Assembly: GCF_004010195.1 (NCBI RefSeq)
Contig: NC_057728.1
Coordinates: 47,712,166 to 47,776,165, forward strand
Reading direction: 5' to 3'
Source of the DNA: Chiloscyllium plagiosum
Taxonomy: Eukaryota
DNA: 64,000 bases
Shown here: piece by piece, positions 1 through 13,350 of the stretch
Numbering within the stretch: the stretch's first letter is position 1
Layout of the letters: the number at the start of each line of letters is the position of its first letter
The notes under the pieces: model-generated
The model's input: only the letters and a program-made list of their open reading frames with translations
What the model was told of the DNA's origin: nothing
The model's database searches: none
Position numbers and translations under genes: made by a program

Positions 1-700
1 ACTCAATGAAGGTAAGCATGCAGGTACAGCAGGTAGTGAAGAAGGCTAATAGCATGCTGGCCTTCATAACAAGAGGGATTGAGTATAGAAGCAAAGAGGT
101 CCTTCTGCGGCTGTACAGGGCCCTGGTGTGACCACACCTGGAGTACTGTGTGCAGTTCTGGTCTCCAAATTTGAGGAGAGACATTCTGGCTATTGAGGGA
201 ATGCAGCGTAGGTTCACGAGGTCAATTCCTGGAATGGCGGGATTACCTTACACTGAAAGACTGGAGCGACTGGGCTTGTGTACCCTTGGGTTTAGAAGAC
301 TGAGAGGGGATCTGGTTGAGACATATAAGATGATCAAAGGATTGGACACTCTGGCGGCAGGCAACATGTTTCCGCTGCGGGGTGAGTGCCGAAACAGAGG
401 ACACAGCTTAAAAATACGGGGTAGACCATTTAGGACAGAGATGAGGAGAAACTTCTTCACCCAGAGAGTGGTGGCTGTGTGGAATGCTCTTCCCCAGAGG
501 GCAGTGGAGGCCCAGTTTCTGGGTTCATTTAAGAAAGAGTTGGGTAGAGCTCTCAAGGATTGTGGAATCAAGGGTTATGGAGATAAGGCAGGAACAGGAT
601 ACTGATTAAGGATGATCAGCCATGATCATATTGAATGGTGGTGCAGGCTCGAAGGGCAGAATGGCCTACTCCTACACCTAATGTCTATTGTCTATTGTCT
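1..700 (+). mobile_element. CR1-clade LINE, 3' end (ORF2 C-terminus, 3' UTR, (TCTATTG)n tail)
   Basis: ORF 150..605 has the typical CR1 C-terminal motifs (QFWSP...QRRFTR...RRLRGDL...FFTQRVV..WNALP). Ends in a TCTATTG repeat; a sister copy lies at 34783..35251. Confidence 0.9.
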
Positions 701-905
701 GCGTGAGTTTTCTCCGGGTGCTCCGGTTTCCTCCCACAGTCTAAAGATGTGCAGGTTGGGTGAATTGGCTATGCTAAATTGCCCATAGTATTGGGTGCAT
801 TAGTCAGAGGGAAATTGGTCTGGGTGGGTTGCTCTTCAGAGGGTTGGTGTGGACTGGTTGGGCCGAAGGGCCTGTTTCCACACTTTGGGGAAGCTAATTT
901 AATCA
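701..905 (+). mobile_element. HE1-like V-SINE, 5'-truncated
   Basis: Core CTCCGGGTGCTCCGGTTTCCTCCCACAGTC..AAAGATGTGCAGGTT..GTGAATTGGC.ATGCTAAATTGCCC shared with copies at 34163, 40052 and 51771. Confidence 0.8.
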
Positions 906-1001
906 AGATCCCAGATAGAAACTTGGCTTGTTACTTAATATTTTCTCTCATTTTTATGTAACAAGGTGGCCTTTCACTGAAAGACAAGCACACATTACTG
1001 C

Positions 1002-1123
1002 TGAAGGGCTTATGCCCAAAACATTGATTATCCTGCTTCTCGGATGCTACCTGACCTGCTGTGCTTTTCCAACACCACACTCTTCAATTCTGATCTCCAG
1101 CATCTGCAGTGCTCACTTTCTCC
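1002..1123 (+). mobile_element. Penelope-type short element, family A, 3' fragment with 13-bp TSD
   Basis: Shares GGATGCTGCCTGACCTGCTG...CCAGCATCTGCAGT.CTCACTTTCTCC with the other family A copies. Flanked by CACACATT(A/G)CTGC at 989..1001 and 1124..1136. Confidence 0.75.
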
Positions 1124-1324
1124 CACACATTGCTGCAGATATGATTTTAATAACAAAAGCAAAAGCTTATTATGCAAAAGAAATGAAAATAGAATAAAGC
1201 CAATTACATACAACAAAATTTGAAAAATTCCAAACCATATGGTAAAATACAATCCCATCTATTCCAACATCATCATTTCACAGTACTCAAGCACCAGAGA
1301 GAATCCCTTTGTCTATCAAACTTT

Positions 1325-3153
1325 TAGAACATAGAACATTACAGCGCATTACAGGCACTTCAGGCCTCGATGTTGTGACGACCTGCCAAACCAATCTGAA
1401 GCCCACCCAACCTAAACGATTCCATTTTCAACCATATGTTTATCCAATGACCATTTAAATGCCCTTAAAGTTGGCAAGTCTACTACTGTTGCAGGCAGGG
1501 CATCCCTCACCCCCAAGACTCTCTGAGTAAAGAAACTACCTTGAACATCTGTCCTATATCTATCACCCCTTAATTTAAAGCTATGTCCTTTTGTGCTGTC
1601 TCTCACCATCCGAGCAAAAAGGCTCTCACTGTCCACCCTTTTCATCCCTCTGATTATCTTATATGTTTCAATTAAGTCACCTCTCAACCTTCTTCTCTAT
1701 GTAGAAATCAGCCTCAAATTCCTCAGCCTTTCTGTATAAGACCTTGCTCTTTCTGCATAAGACCTTCCCCCCATACCAGGCAACAGCCTAGTAAATCTCC
1801 TCTGAACCCTTTCCAAAGCTTCCACACCCTTCCTTTAATGTGGTGATCAGAACTGCATGCAATACACCAGAGTTTTGTACAGCTGCAACATGACCTCATG
1901 GCTCCAAAACTCAATCCCTCTACCAATAAAAGCCAATACAGCATATACCTTCTTAACAATCCTATCAACCTGGGTGGCAACTTTCAGGGATCTATGCACA
2001 TGGCCACCGAGATCCCTCTGCTCATCTACACTACCAAGAATCTTACCATTAGCCCAGTGTTCTGCATTCCTGTTGCTCCTTCCAAAGTGAATCACCTCAC
2101 ACTTTTCCGCATTAAACTCTATTTGCCATGTCTCAGTCCAGCTCTTCAGCTTATCTATGTCCCTCTGTAACCTGCAATATCCTTCGGCACTATCCACAAC
2201 TCCACTGACCTTAGTGTCATCCACACGTTTACTAACCCATCCTTCTACACCCTCATCCAGGTCATTTATAAAAATGACAAACAGCGGAGGTCCCAAAACA
2301 GATCCTTGCAGTACACCAAAAGTAACTGAACTCCAGGATGAACATTTCCCATCAATCACCACCCCCTGTCTTCTTTCAACTAGCCAACTTCTGATTCAAA
2401 CTGCCAAATTGCCCTCAATCCCATGCCTCCATACTTTGTACAACAGCCTACTGTGTGGAACCTTATCAAACATCTTACTGAAATCCATATACACCACATC
2501 AGCCACTTTGCTCTCATCTACCTGTTTGGTCACCTTCTCAAAGAACTCAATAAGGCTTGTGAGACCTACCCTTCACCATGTTGACTATCTGTAATCAACT
2601 TATTCCTTTCTAGATGGTTATAAATTCTATCTCTTATAACCTTTTCCAACACTTTACCCACAACCGAAGTAAGGCTCACCGGTCAATGATTACCAGGATC
2701 GTCTCTACTCCCCTTCTTGAACAAGGGGGCTCCAATCTCCTGGCATTATTCCTGTAGACAATGATGCCATAAAGATCAAAACCAAAGACTATGCAATCTC
2801 CTCCCTGGTTTCCCAGAGTATTCTAGAATAAATCCCATCCAGCCAGGGGACTTACCTATTTTCACAATTTCCAGAATTGCTAACACCTCCTCGATCCCAT
2901 CTAGTCTAGTAGCCTATATCTCAGTATTCTCCTTGACAAAAATGTCTTTTTCCAGTGTGAATACTGGTGTAAAGTATTCATTTAGCACTTGTCCTATCTC
3001 TTCTGACTCCATGCACAACTTTCCACTACTGTCCTTGATTGGCTCTAATTTTACTCTAGTCATTCATTTATTCCTGACACACCTATAGAAAGCTTTAGGG
3101 TTTTCTTTGATCCTGGATGCCAATGACTTCTCATGTCCCCTCCTGGCTCTTCT
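1325..3153 (-). mobile_element. CR1-clade LINE, degenerate ORF2 RT fragment with 3' tail
   Basis: ORF 1847..2362 carries RT motifs (GVLQGSVLGPPLFVIFINDL...VDDTK); ORF 1412..1687 is the C-terminus. (TAGAACA)n tail at 1325. Confidence 0.9.
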
Positions 3154-4543
3154 AACCAAACACTACTGGTTAGGAGTATTGAAACAAAATCTCTTGTCTT
3201 GAAGAAAACTTTTTTTATGGTTCTGAACGAAGTCCTTTCTTCAGTAGGAATTGTCTCATATAACCAACTTAAACTAGGATTCCTGCAAACTGAAAATAAA
3301 AGCTTTTCCAAATATGGAGCTTTTCTCCAGGATAAGTTTAAAAAATGAATTCCTCATTCTTCCAAATTGAAAATAAGCTAATGCTTTACAATGCTTACCC
3401 TATCTGATCATAGAATCATCTGAATACCAATACTTTACATGACACTCTGCCTGCAGTCTAAAAATCCTCCCCTGGTTAGAACCACATTAGAGGCATTTGC
3501 CTCTTTTCTGGTTGCATTGGCTGCTTTAGCAAATGGCAAAATTCTTCAATGTCACTGCAGCCTTTTTGCATTAGTAAAACCAGAACTGTGTAGTCTTTCA
3601 CCACTAAATATTCAGTACTTAAGAGAAGGGCAGTGGATGAAATAAGGGGATGAAAGAGGTTTGCCTCTTAGTTAAAAAAAAACAGCAATTCTGATTTTGA
3701 TAAGTACTGACAACTCTCTGCATACAGAGCTGAACTGAGGATTGTCGAATGAGAGCAATCCTCTCATTAGACAATGTCTACTGTTGCACATTTTCAAGTA
3801 GGGAACTCATAAGGAGAATCAAAGTGCACCAAATCTCCTGTATAATACTATGATCAGATGCCCCTGAAGATCTCTGGCTGAAAATCATTTCCAAAAACTT
3901 TAAGTTCACAAGTTGCAGCTGACAAAAGCTCAGTAGTAGGGAAAAAGCAAGTGGAAAATTGACTAACTGATCAGTGATACCACTACCCCACCCATTTAAC
4001 AACTACCCACTTTTTCACTGAGCTCTGGCAAACACTTCTTACTGTTGGCCCTCAAAGATGATCTAAAATAAGAAACACATTGGTGGTAAGCTATATCAGG
4101 CAGATGGAAAATAATGTTCTTGCTTTCACTGGTACCAACACTTTCATTTCTGCCAACAAACGATTGTGTTGAATGCCAGCTGCATAACTCATTCTTGACA
4201 GTAATAGGTGGGGTTGTCTTGGCCTGGTAGATAAATTGTTTCAGGACACAGTTTATGTTAACACACACACAAAGCCATTAAAATTAAATTTTGAAAATCT
4301 GTCTTCAAATAAAATAAACCCACATCAATTAAGTTAAAATGAAAACATAAGGAACAATTTAATACACTTGGGTATGTTAGCTATGTATCTTTGTTGTTTG
4401 GTAGGCGTTCCCTGCACATGAATAAAGTTTAGTTGAGCAGTTTTCCATTGGATAGCTATTGTTAGAAAATCTTAAAAGTCTTGATTATTGTACCAAATGA
4501 AATGGATTGTTTTAACTGTGCTACCTGGTTAGAAACATATTCT

Positions 4544-5594
4544 TTATTTAGGGTGTAGGTTTGCTCGCTGAGCTGTAGGTTTGATATCCAGGCGTTTCAT
4601 TACCTGGCTAGGTAACATCATCAGTGGCAACCTCCAAGTGAAGTGAAGCTGTTGTCTCCTGCTTTCTATTTCTATCTTTCTCCTGGATGGGGTTCCTGGG
4701 GTTTGTGGTGATGTCATTTCCTGTTCGTTTTCTGAGGGGTTGATAGATGGCATCTAGATCTATGTGTTTGTTTATGCCGTTGTGGTTGGAGTGCCAGGCC
4801 TCTAGGAATTCTCTGGCATGTCTTTGCTTAGCCTGTCCCAGGATAGATGTTTGTGGCAGTCCTTGCATGGAATTTTGTAGATGATGTTGGTTTTGTCCAT
4901 GGGTTGTACTGGGTCTTTTAAGTTTGTTAGTTTTTGTTTGAGAGTGTTGGTGGAATTATGTGCTACTAAGAGTTTGTTAGTAGTAAGACCCCTCGGAATC
5001 CTAGTAGCACACAATCCCACTAACACTCTCAAACAAAAACTAATAAACTTAAAAGGCCCAGTATAACCCATGGACAAAACCAACGTCATCTATAAAATTC
5101 CATGTAAGGATGGCCACAAACACTATGTAGGACAAACAGGAAGAAAGCTAGCCACCATGATACATGAACACCAGCTAGCCACAAAAAGACACGACCCTCT
5201 CTCCCTCGTAGCTACACACGGACGAGAAAAACCACCATTTCGACTGGGACAACACATCTATCCTGGAACAGGCTAAGCAAAGACATGCCAGAGAATTCCT
5301 AGAGGCCTGGCACTCCAACCACAATGGCATAAACAAACACATAGATCTAGATGCCATCTATCAACCCCTCAGAAAACGAACAGGAAATGACATCACCACA
5401 AACCCGAGGAACCCCATCCAGGAGAAAGATAGAAATAGAAAGCAGGAGACAACAACTTCGCTTCACTTGGAGTTCGCCACTAATGATGTTACCTAGCCAG
5501 GTAATGAAACGTCTGGATATCAAACCTACAGCTCAGCGAGCAAACCTACACCCTAAACCTCAACCTGAGCAACAAACCTTCACAAACCTTGCAA
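4544..5594. mobile_element. Penelope-like element, GIY-YIG endonuclease fragment, inverted-duplicate structure, 11-bp TSD
   Basis: ORF 5070..5276 NVIYKIPCKDGHKHYVGQTGRKL..MIHEH is a Penelope-type GIY-YIG domain. 4547..~4967 is the reverse complement of ~5001..5557, with an internal deletion in the left arm. AAACATATTCT at 4533..4543 and 5595..5605. Confidence 0.9.
5476..5517 (+). ncRNA. Minimal hammerhead ribozyme motif (degenerate, G5>A)
   Basis: gcca-CTAATGA-T-GTTACCT-agcc-AGGTAAT-GAAA-CG-TC-tgga. Mirror copy on minus at 4587..4628 has CTGATGA but GAAACGCC. Confidence 0.7.
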
Positions 5595-7557
5595 AAACAT
5601 ATTCTGTGCACAACCCTTTTAATATTTCACCTACAAGGTGCAGTAGAATGCCTCATCCAGATGACAATAAATCTGGAGAAAGTTCCAAATATTTAATTTT
5701 TATCTGCTCACTAATTGAACATATTTACAACTTTTTTTAAAAATTGTAATTACTGTTCCAGCTTGAAGAAATATTCATAGGATTGCAAACTTTTGGTGAA
5801 ACACAATTTCTGTCAGGGTCTTACAAAGCAACAATGAACCCTTGCATATTTTTTACCTTAACCTCTGGACTATTTAATTGGAAATGGAACAATTTTAAAT
5901 AAGACTGGTTCTGTAAACAGTTTTCTTTCCCTCGAGCATCAATCCTTAAATAAGGTCTTCCTTAACATTCTTGCTAGATATAGTGGGTATTGACCAGTAC
6001 TGTTGATCTAGTGTCTGATCAAAGGGCAATCCATGAGAGTGGAACAACCTGATGGTACCTTTGCTCTTCTACCCAAATGCTTCCACATGCAGAGAGCACG
6101 GAGATTCGGATTTCAGCTCAAATTGTGATGTAAGATTGGAAAAAGGAAAAACGGATTTGAAATCAGCATTTCTCAATCGTATACCTTTTGTATTTTGCTG
6201 TATATTTTATATATCTCAAATCAAAGCAGAACTGACACTAGCTTGTAAGAGTGCAACAGGTTTTATTTTACTAGAGTTTTGGAGTATCTCTGCAAATGCA
6301 AAATATCTGCATTCACACAAATCGCAGTCTAGCTTCCAGCAACTTCCGTTTCCTTCACTCTGAGTTCACATCCAGGTTTAACCAATCAAACCCAGTGCTC
6401 ATAGATCAGTTACCAAACTTTCCTCATGAAAGACAGAATAATTGAACACCACACTACCATGATCCTTTTGTGGAAGTAAACTTTAGCTTTTTATTTTCTC
6501 ATTTCATCAAACACATCAGTTGCACCCACCCAGTTTCTCAGAGAAAACAATGAGGGTAGTGCTGTGCAAGTCTTGCATTTGCTTACATTTCCTGTAAGAT
6601 CATGCCTTGGCCATGCACTGTGCTCTCAAAGGAAAGCTACAGACTGAAGAAGTTGGACGTGTGCAAATCAAAACAAACTTTCAGAATATGAAATTACCAC
6701 TGCAAAACTATGAAGGATTTCAGATAACAACCACTACCGAATGACCATTCACGAAAGCCATAAATGAAACACATGATGACCAGATCAGATCATAAAAAAA
6801 TACTTTTGATTTAAAAAGACTGTTATTCTTTCCCTCAGTAACTGACATTTCTAAGTTTAAAATATTTTTTAAATAAATCACTGTGTAGTCTCCATTTGTA
6901 GTAATTTCATTTTACTTCAAAATTCCAGGCTAAATAGCCAAGAGTTTTCATTTCTGAGATGCCACATGACAGGAGCCACCACTATATCTATCCCTGTGCA
7001 GTCTATACAAAGTTTCACAGTGAGGACCAGTACCTCGCTGCATTTGAAGGATTTCAACTTTACTATTTTTAAAATGCAGAATTGGAAACAGACTGCTGTA
7101 AACTTTGGCATGTAGCATAGTGGACTAAAGTATTTGGCTTACAAGTTTGAAATACTGAAATTGAATCTCAATAGCTTTCCTCCCACAGTAAATTGCCATG
7201 TCTAGAAAGGGAAATTCCTTATTTCCAAATAAAGGAAAATATTTAAAGGTGGATAGCCTTTTCAAAAAAAAAATGCCCTATACAATTCTATTCAAAATGA
7301 TCTAGAAATCTAAGTGATCTAAAAATGCGAACTAAATCTTTATTGGTCTGATGAGGAAAGATCAGAGCTGGGCATGCAGACAATTTGGACTCCGACACTG
7401 ATCTGTTGGTTTATTGGCACATTGGCACATTCCTGCCTGCAGGCTATTTTGGGATAGGTTGGTTTAGTGGTGATGATTGGTGGGTAAACAGTTAGGCTTC
7501 TTAAAGGGCCTATTAATAATACTATACTGATAGCTGATATCCTGGTTGGTGAACGGT

Positions 7558-7853
7558 TGATGGTATTATCGCCAGGCTGTTAATCCAGATACCCAAGCAA
7601 TGTTCGACCCATGTTTGAATCCCACCTTGGCAGATGGTGAAATCTGAATTCAATAAAAATCTGAAAATTGAGAGAATCATTGCTGGGGGGAAACCCATTT
7701 TGTTCACAAATGCCTTTTAAGGAACTGCTATCCTTACCTGTTCTGGCCCACATGTGACTCCAGAGCCACAGCAATGGGGAATTGCTGGATGATTGGGATG
7801 GGCAATAAATACTGGCTTAGCCTGTGATGGACGCATTCAACAAATGAATAAAA
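7558..7853 (+). mobile_element. tRNA-derived SINE with GGGCAATAAAT(A/G)CTGGC 3' end
   Basis: Matches 49759..50072, which keeps A box TGGCCTAGTGG and B box GGTTCAAATC. Degenerate minus-strand copies at ~8490..8815 and ~9490..9720. Confidence 0.7.
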
Positions 7854-8093
7854 AAAACTGGATTTTTCTGAGCTGGCATACAGGCTTCCTGTCAAAACCT
7901 GGCTCCCCCACCCCACAGCTACAGGGGCACAGCTCCACCATAATGGCCTTGATTCTCCAGCCTCTTTATTTTTATCATGTCTGAAATCACTTCAGGGTAC
8001 ACCTCTATGTTGAAGTACCCTCTTTTTCTCCAACATACATTGGCAGCTTAAGCATCAGGTGCCCACCTGCCACTATAGTTGAACATGGATGTA

Positions 8094-8230
8094 GTCAGAA
8101 GTCACATGACACCAGGGTTTTATTTGAAATCACAAGCTTTCGAGATGCTACTCCTTTGTCAGGTGAACGGTCTAGTGAAGTGGACTATAACCTGGTGTCC
8201 ACCTCAGACCAATACGGGGACTCCACAACC
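8094..8230. mobile_element. Penelope-type short element, family B, degenerate inverted copy
   Basis: Contains AAGCTTTCG...CTCCTT.GTCAGGTG and GGACTATAACCTGGTGT, as in 14085..14300. Confidence 0.6.
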
Positions 8231-10045
8231 TGAATAAGAATATGCCAGCTGGCTGCCAATTGGCAACTTTTTGGTAAACTGTGATATCTTAAAGTGCCCA
8301 CGTGATAATGAATACCAAAAGACTCCTGTTTGTCAGTGAGCTGATGCAAAAATGAAAACTCAACTCATTCACTCTGTTCCTCTTTGTACATATGACAGAC
8401 CTGCTGAGTATTTTCTGTTTTTAGGTGATGGATATAACATATTAATGTAGAGACTAACTGAATGCTGTTTCAGTGATGGTTTCTTTTAAAAACTCTTTCA
8501 TGAGGAGGTGTGGGCTATTGAACTGTGGGCTATTGTTTGTGAGACAATCACTGAGGGCACTTTACTGTTGGTGTGGAGCCACATGTGGGTCAGACCATAT
8601 AAAGGTAGCAGATTTCCTTGCCTAAAATACAGCAGAGAACCAAACAGTTATTTTAAATGTCAATTGGTAATAATGGGCAAAGAATACTGTTATATTTTAT
8701 ATTTTTATGAACTGATTTCAAATCCCACCAGCTGTCAATGTTGGATTTGAACCCATATCCCCAGAGTCTCTGCTGGTTTTCTGGATTACTAGTCCAGTAA
8801 TTATGTCACTGCTTCCAGTATCTGATGTAAAGAATAGACCACAACCTAAATCTGAGTAACACTCCGGAACAGAAAAATAATGAAGGCATCCAATTTGATT
8901 CTAGGATGGAGGCTGTGAACACTTGCCTTCATATTAACTGTGGAATGAGAAGAAAGATTGTAAATTCCTGAAAGCTCAGCAAGTTGTATGTAGTGTGCCA
9001 CTGAGCCATACAGATTATCCCCAGTTAACATGCCATAATGCACACCACAGTGTGCTTTTGCCAAGCATTTAAATAGGAATTCCTTTTCTCTTGCCATCAA
9101 TTACACAGCTAGAGTAAGTTGTTTTTAAAATTTCTGATGCAAGAAAAGCCACAATGATTATTTGGACTATTAACAATTTGGGGAAAGATATTTGCACTTC
9201 ATTTTTCACTTTAAATTATAACATGTGAGTAACTCTGATTTCACTATTTATTACTGCAGCTGGGCTAAGTTGAGCATACGATAAAAATGTTAACATTTGT
9301 TGCATCATAGCTAAAACAGAGATTAGAGAGTTCCATCTGCTAGTTGTTAAATAGCATTGCCCAGGCCAATTGTACTGCTGACACTAATTAGCATCAAATT
9401 AGCTCAACAATGCAATATTTTAAGCAATTCAATAGTTTCAAATGCTCTACACTGGACATTTTCTTTTCCTAATTGACTTCCTCAATTTTCTTTATTCTTT
9501 CATTGGGTGTGGTTATTTGTCACTCATCACTAAGTGCTCTTGAATTGAGTGACTTGCTGGTCCATTTCAGTGGGCAGTTAAAGGTCAGCCACGTTGCTGT
9601 GCATTTGGAGTCACATGTAAGTCAGAAAAGGTAAAGGCAGCAGATTTCCTTCCTGAGCGGATATTAGTGAATTAGGTGACAGTGTACAAAAAAGTTCTGA
9701 CGATTTCATGATATCATTACTAATGTCACATGAAATCTTAACTCACGGATTGTTCAAAGGTCATGAAGCAAGAATACTTTATTCTATTGGCATCTGATCA
9801 TTACAAACATGAAGGGAAATTAAGGAAGGTACTGTAAGTGCATGGAATCAAGCCAGTAGTTTACATGTGGCTGAGGAAATACGTTGATTCTTCTTCCTGC
9901 AAAGATTACACTTCATCTGAAAAGGGTCAGTTCATCTGCCCCAGCTGTCCTGCTCGGCGCCCTCCCTCACCATGCTAACCTGCTAATGGAGGTCCTAGCA
10001 TTGCTGCTTCAGCTGCTCTCTCTCACCATGCCAACCCGCTAATGG

Positions 10046-13000
10046 AACCAATGACATAGGAAGGAAAAAGGTTGAGATTCTGAAGGGAGATTACAGAGAG
10101 TTAGGCAGGAATTCATAAAGGAGGTCCTCGAGAGTAGTAATATCTGGATTACTCCCAGTGATACGAGCTAGTGAGGGCAGGAATAGGAGGATAGAGCAGA
10201 CGAATGCATGGCTGAGGAACTGGTGTATGGGAGAAGGATTCACATTTTTGGTTCATTGGAATCTCTTCTGGGGTAGAAGTGACCTGTACAAGAAGGACGG
10301 ATTGCACCTAAATTGGAAGGGGACTATTATACTGGCAGGGAGATTTGCTAGAGCCGTTCGGGAGGATTTAAATGGGTAAGGTGGGGGGCTGGGACCCAGG
10401 GAGACAGTGAGGAAAGAGATCAATCTGAGACTGGTACAGTTGAGAACAAAGGCAAGTCAAACAGTCAGGGCAGGCAGGGACAAAGCAGAGAACAAGGTAG
10501 GACTGATAAATTAAACTTCATTTATTTGATTGCAAGAAGCCTAACGGGGAATGCAGATGAGTTGAGGGCATGGTTAGGAACATGGGACTGGGATATCATA
10601 GCAATTAAAGAAACATGGCTCAGGGATGGACAGTACTGGCAACTTAATATTCCAGGATACAAATGCTACAGAGGAAGGATAGAAAGGGAGGCAAGAGAGA
10701 TGGAGGAGTGGCATTTTTGATAAGGGATAGCATTATAGCTGTACTGAGGGAGGATATTCCCGGAAATACATCCAGGGAAGTTATTTGAGTGGAACTGAGA
10801 AATAAGAAAGGGATGATCACCTTATTGGGATTGTATTATAGACCCCCTAATAGTCAGAGGGAAATTGAGAAACAAATTTGTAAGGAGATCTCAGTTATCT
10901 GTAAGAATAATAGGGTGGTTAAGGTAGGGGATTTTAACTTTCCAAACATAGACTGGGACTGCCATAATGTTTGGGGTTTAGATGGAGAGGAATTTGCTAA
11001 GTGTGTACAAGAAAAGTTTCTGATTCAGTATGTGGATGTACCTACTAGGGAAGGTGGAAATCTTGACCTACGTTTGGGAAATAAGGCGGGGCAGGTGACT
11101 GAGGTGTCAGTGGGGGAGCACTCTGGGGCCAGTGACCATAATTCTATTAGTTTTAAAATAGTGATGGAAAAGGATAGACCAGATCTAGAAGTTGAAGTTC
11201 TAAATTGGAGGAAGGCCAATTTTGACGGTATGAGGCAAGAACTTTCGAAAGCTGATTGGGCGCAGATGTTCACAGGTAAAGGAATGGCTGGAAAATGGGA
11301 AGCCTTCAGAAATGAGATAACGAGAATCCAGAGAAAGTATATTCCTGTCAGGGTGAAAGAGAAGGCTGGTAGGTATAGGGAATGCTGGATGACTAAAGAA
11401 ATTGAGGGTTTGGTTAAGAAAAAGAAGGAAGCATATGTCAGGTATAGACAGGATAGATCGAGTGAATCCTTAGAAGAGTATAAAGGCAGTAGGAGTCTAC
11501 TTAAGAGGGAAATCAGGAGGGCAAAAAGGGGACATGAGGTAAGCTTTGGCAAATAGAGTGAAGGAGAATCCAAAGGGTTTTACAAATACATTAAGGACAA
11601 AAGGGTAACTAGGGAGAGAATAGGGCCCCTCATAGGTCAGCAAGGTGGCCTTGGTGCGGAGTCGCAGGAGCTGGGAGAGATACTAAACGAGTATTTTACA
11701 TCAGTATTTACTGTGGAAAAGGATATGGAAATATAGAATGTAGGGAAATAGATGCTGACATCTTGAAAAATGTCTCGATTACAGAGGAGGAAGTGCTGGA
11801 TGTCTTGAAGCATAAAAATAGATAAATCCCCAAGACCTGATCAGGTGTACCCTAGAACTCTGTGGGAAGATAAGGAAGTGATTGCTGGGTCTCTTACTGA
11901 GATATTTGTATCATCAGTAGTCACAGGTGAGGTGCTCGAAGACTGGAGGTTGGATAACGTGGTGCCACTGTTTAAGAAGGGTGGTAAGGACAAGCCAGGG
12001 AACTATAGAACAGTGAGCCTGAATCGGTGGTGGGCAAGTTGTTGGAGGAATTCCTGAGGAACAGGGTGTACATGTATTTGGAAAGGCAAGGACTTATTAG
12101 GGATAGTCAACATGGCTTTGTGCATGGGAAATTATGTCTCACAAACTTGACTGAGTTTTTTGAAGAAGTAACAAAGATGATTGATCAGGGCAGAGCAGTA
12201 AATGTGATCTATATAGACTTCAGTAAGGTGTTCTACAAGGTTCCCCATGGGAGATGGATTAGCAAGGCTGGATCTCATGGAATACACGGAGATCTAGCTA
12301 TTTGGATACAGAACTGGCTCAAAGGGAGAAGACAGAGACAGACTGGAGGCCTGATCACAAGGATCGGTGCTGCGTCCACTACTTTTCATCATTTATATAA
12401 ATGATTTGGATGTGAGCATAAGAGGTATAGTTAAGTAAGTTTGCGGAAGACACCAAGATTGGATGTATAGTGTACAGCGAAGAAGGTTACCTCAGATTAC
12501 AATGGGATCTTGATCAGCTGGGCCAATGGGCTGAGAAGTGGCAGATGTAGTTTAATTTAGATAAATGCAAAGTGCTGTATTTTGGGAAAGCAAATCTTAG
12601 CAGGATTTATACACTTAATGATAAGGTCCTAGGGAGTGTCGCAGAACAAAGAGACCTTGGAGTGCAGATTCATAGCTCCTTGAAAGTGGAGTCGCAGGTA
12701 GATAGAATAGTGAAGAAGGCATTTGGTATGGGAGAATATTGAGTACAGGAGTTGGGAGGTCATGTTGCGGCTGTACAGACATTGATTAGGCCACTGTTGG
12801 AATATTGCGTGCAATTCTAGTCTCCTTCCTATTGGAAAGATGTTGTGAAACTTGAAAGGGTTCAGAAAAGATTTATAAGGATGTTGCCAGGGTTGGAAGA
12901 TTTGAGCTATAGGGAGAGGTTGACTAGGCTAGGGCTGTTTTCCCTGAAGTGCCAGAGGCTGAGGGGGTGACCTTATAGAGGTTTATAAAATCATGAGAGG

Positions 13001-13350
13001 CATGGATAGGATAAATTTACAAAGTCTTTTCCCTGGTGTGGTGGAGTCCAAACTGGAGGGCATAGGTTTAGGGTGAGAGGGAAAAGATATAAAAGAGACT
13101 TAAGGGGCAACTTTTTCACGCAGAGGGTGGTACGTGCATGGAATGAGCTGCCAGAGGAAGTGGTGGAGGCTGGTACAATTGCAACATTTAAAAGGCATCT
13201 GGATGGGTATATGAATTGGAAGCATTTGGAGGGATAGGGGCCAGGTGCTGGCAGGTAGGACTAGATTGGGTTGGGATATCTGATCGGCATGGACGAGTTG
13301 GACCGAAGGGTCTGTTTCCGTGCTGTAGATCTCTATGGCTGTATGACTCT
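10046..13350 (+). mobile_element. Near-full-length CR1 LINE: ORF1 SGNH esterase C-terminus plus ORF2 (APE endonuclease and RT), frameshifted
   Basis: ORF 10158..10379 has DGLHLN (SGNH block V). 10526..11556 has endonuclease motifs (IIAIKETWL, GLYYRPP, GDFN, SDH). 11845..12404 has the RT N-terminus (GNYR.VSL, QHGF, YIDFSK). Ends in a degenerate (ATGACTCT)n tail at ~13330..13350. Confidence 0.93.

Noticed and set aside
5825..5904. AG...GTAAG-bounded open segment on the minus strand as a cryptic exon
   Set aside because: 80 bp would shift the frame, and the translation has no LRR or LGR similarity.
6922..6936. Minus-strand YLAWN, resembling the start of LGR5 exon 14 (NLAWN)
   Set aside because: No AG acceptor upstream, a stop codon follows after four more codons, and there is no LRR continuation.
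10789..11573. Longest ORFs (255 aa plus, 182 aa minus) as host genes
   Set aside because: The plus ORF is CR1 ORF2 endonuclease/linker; the minus ORF is its antisense shadow.
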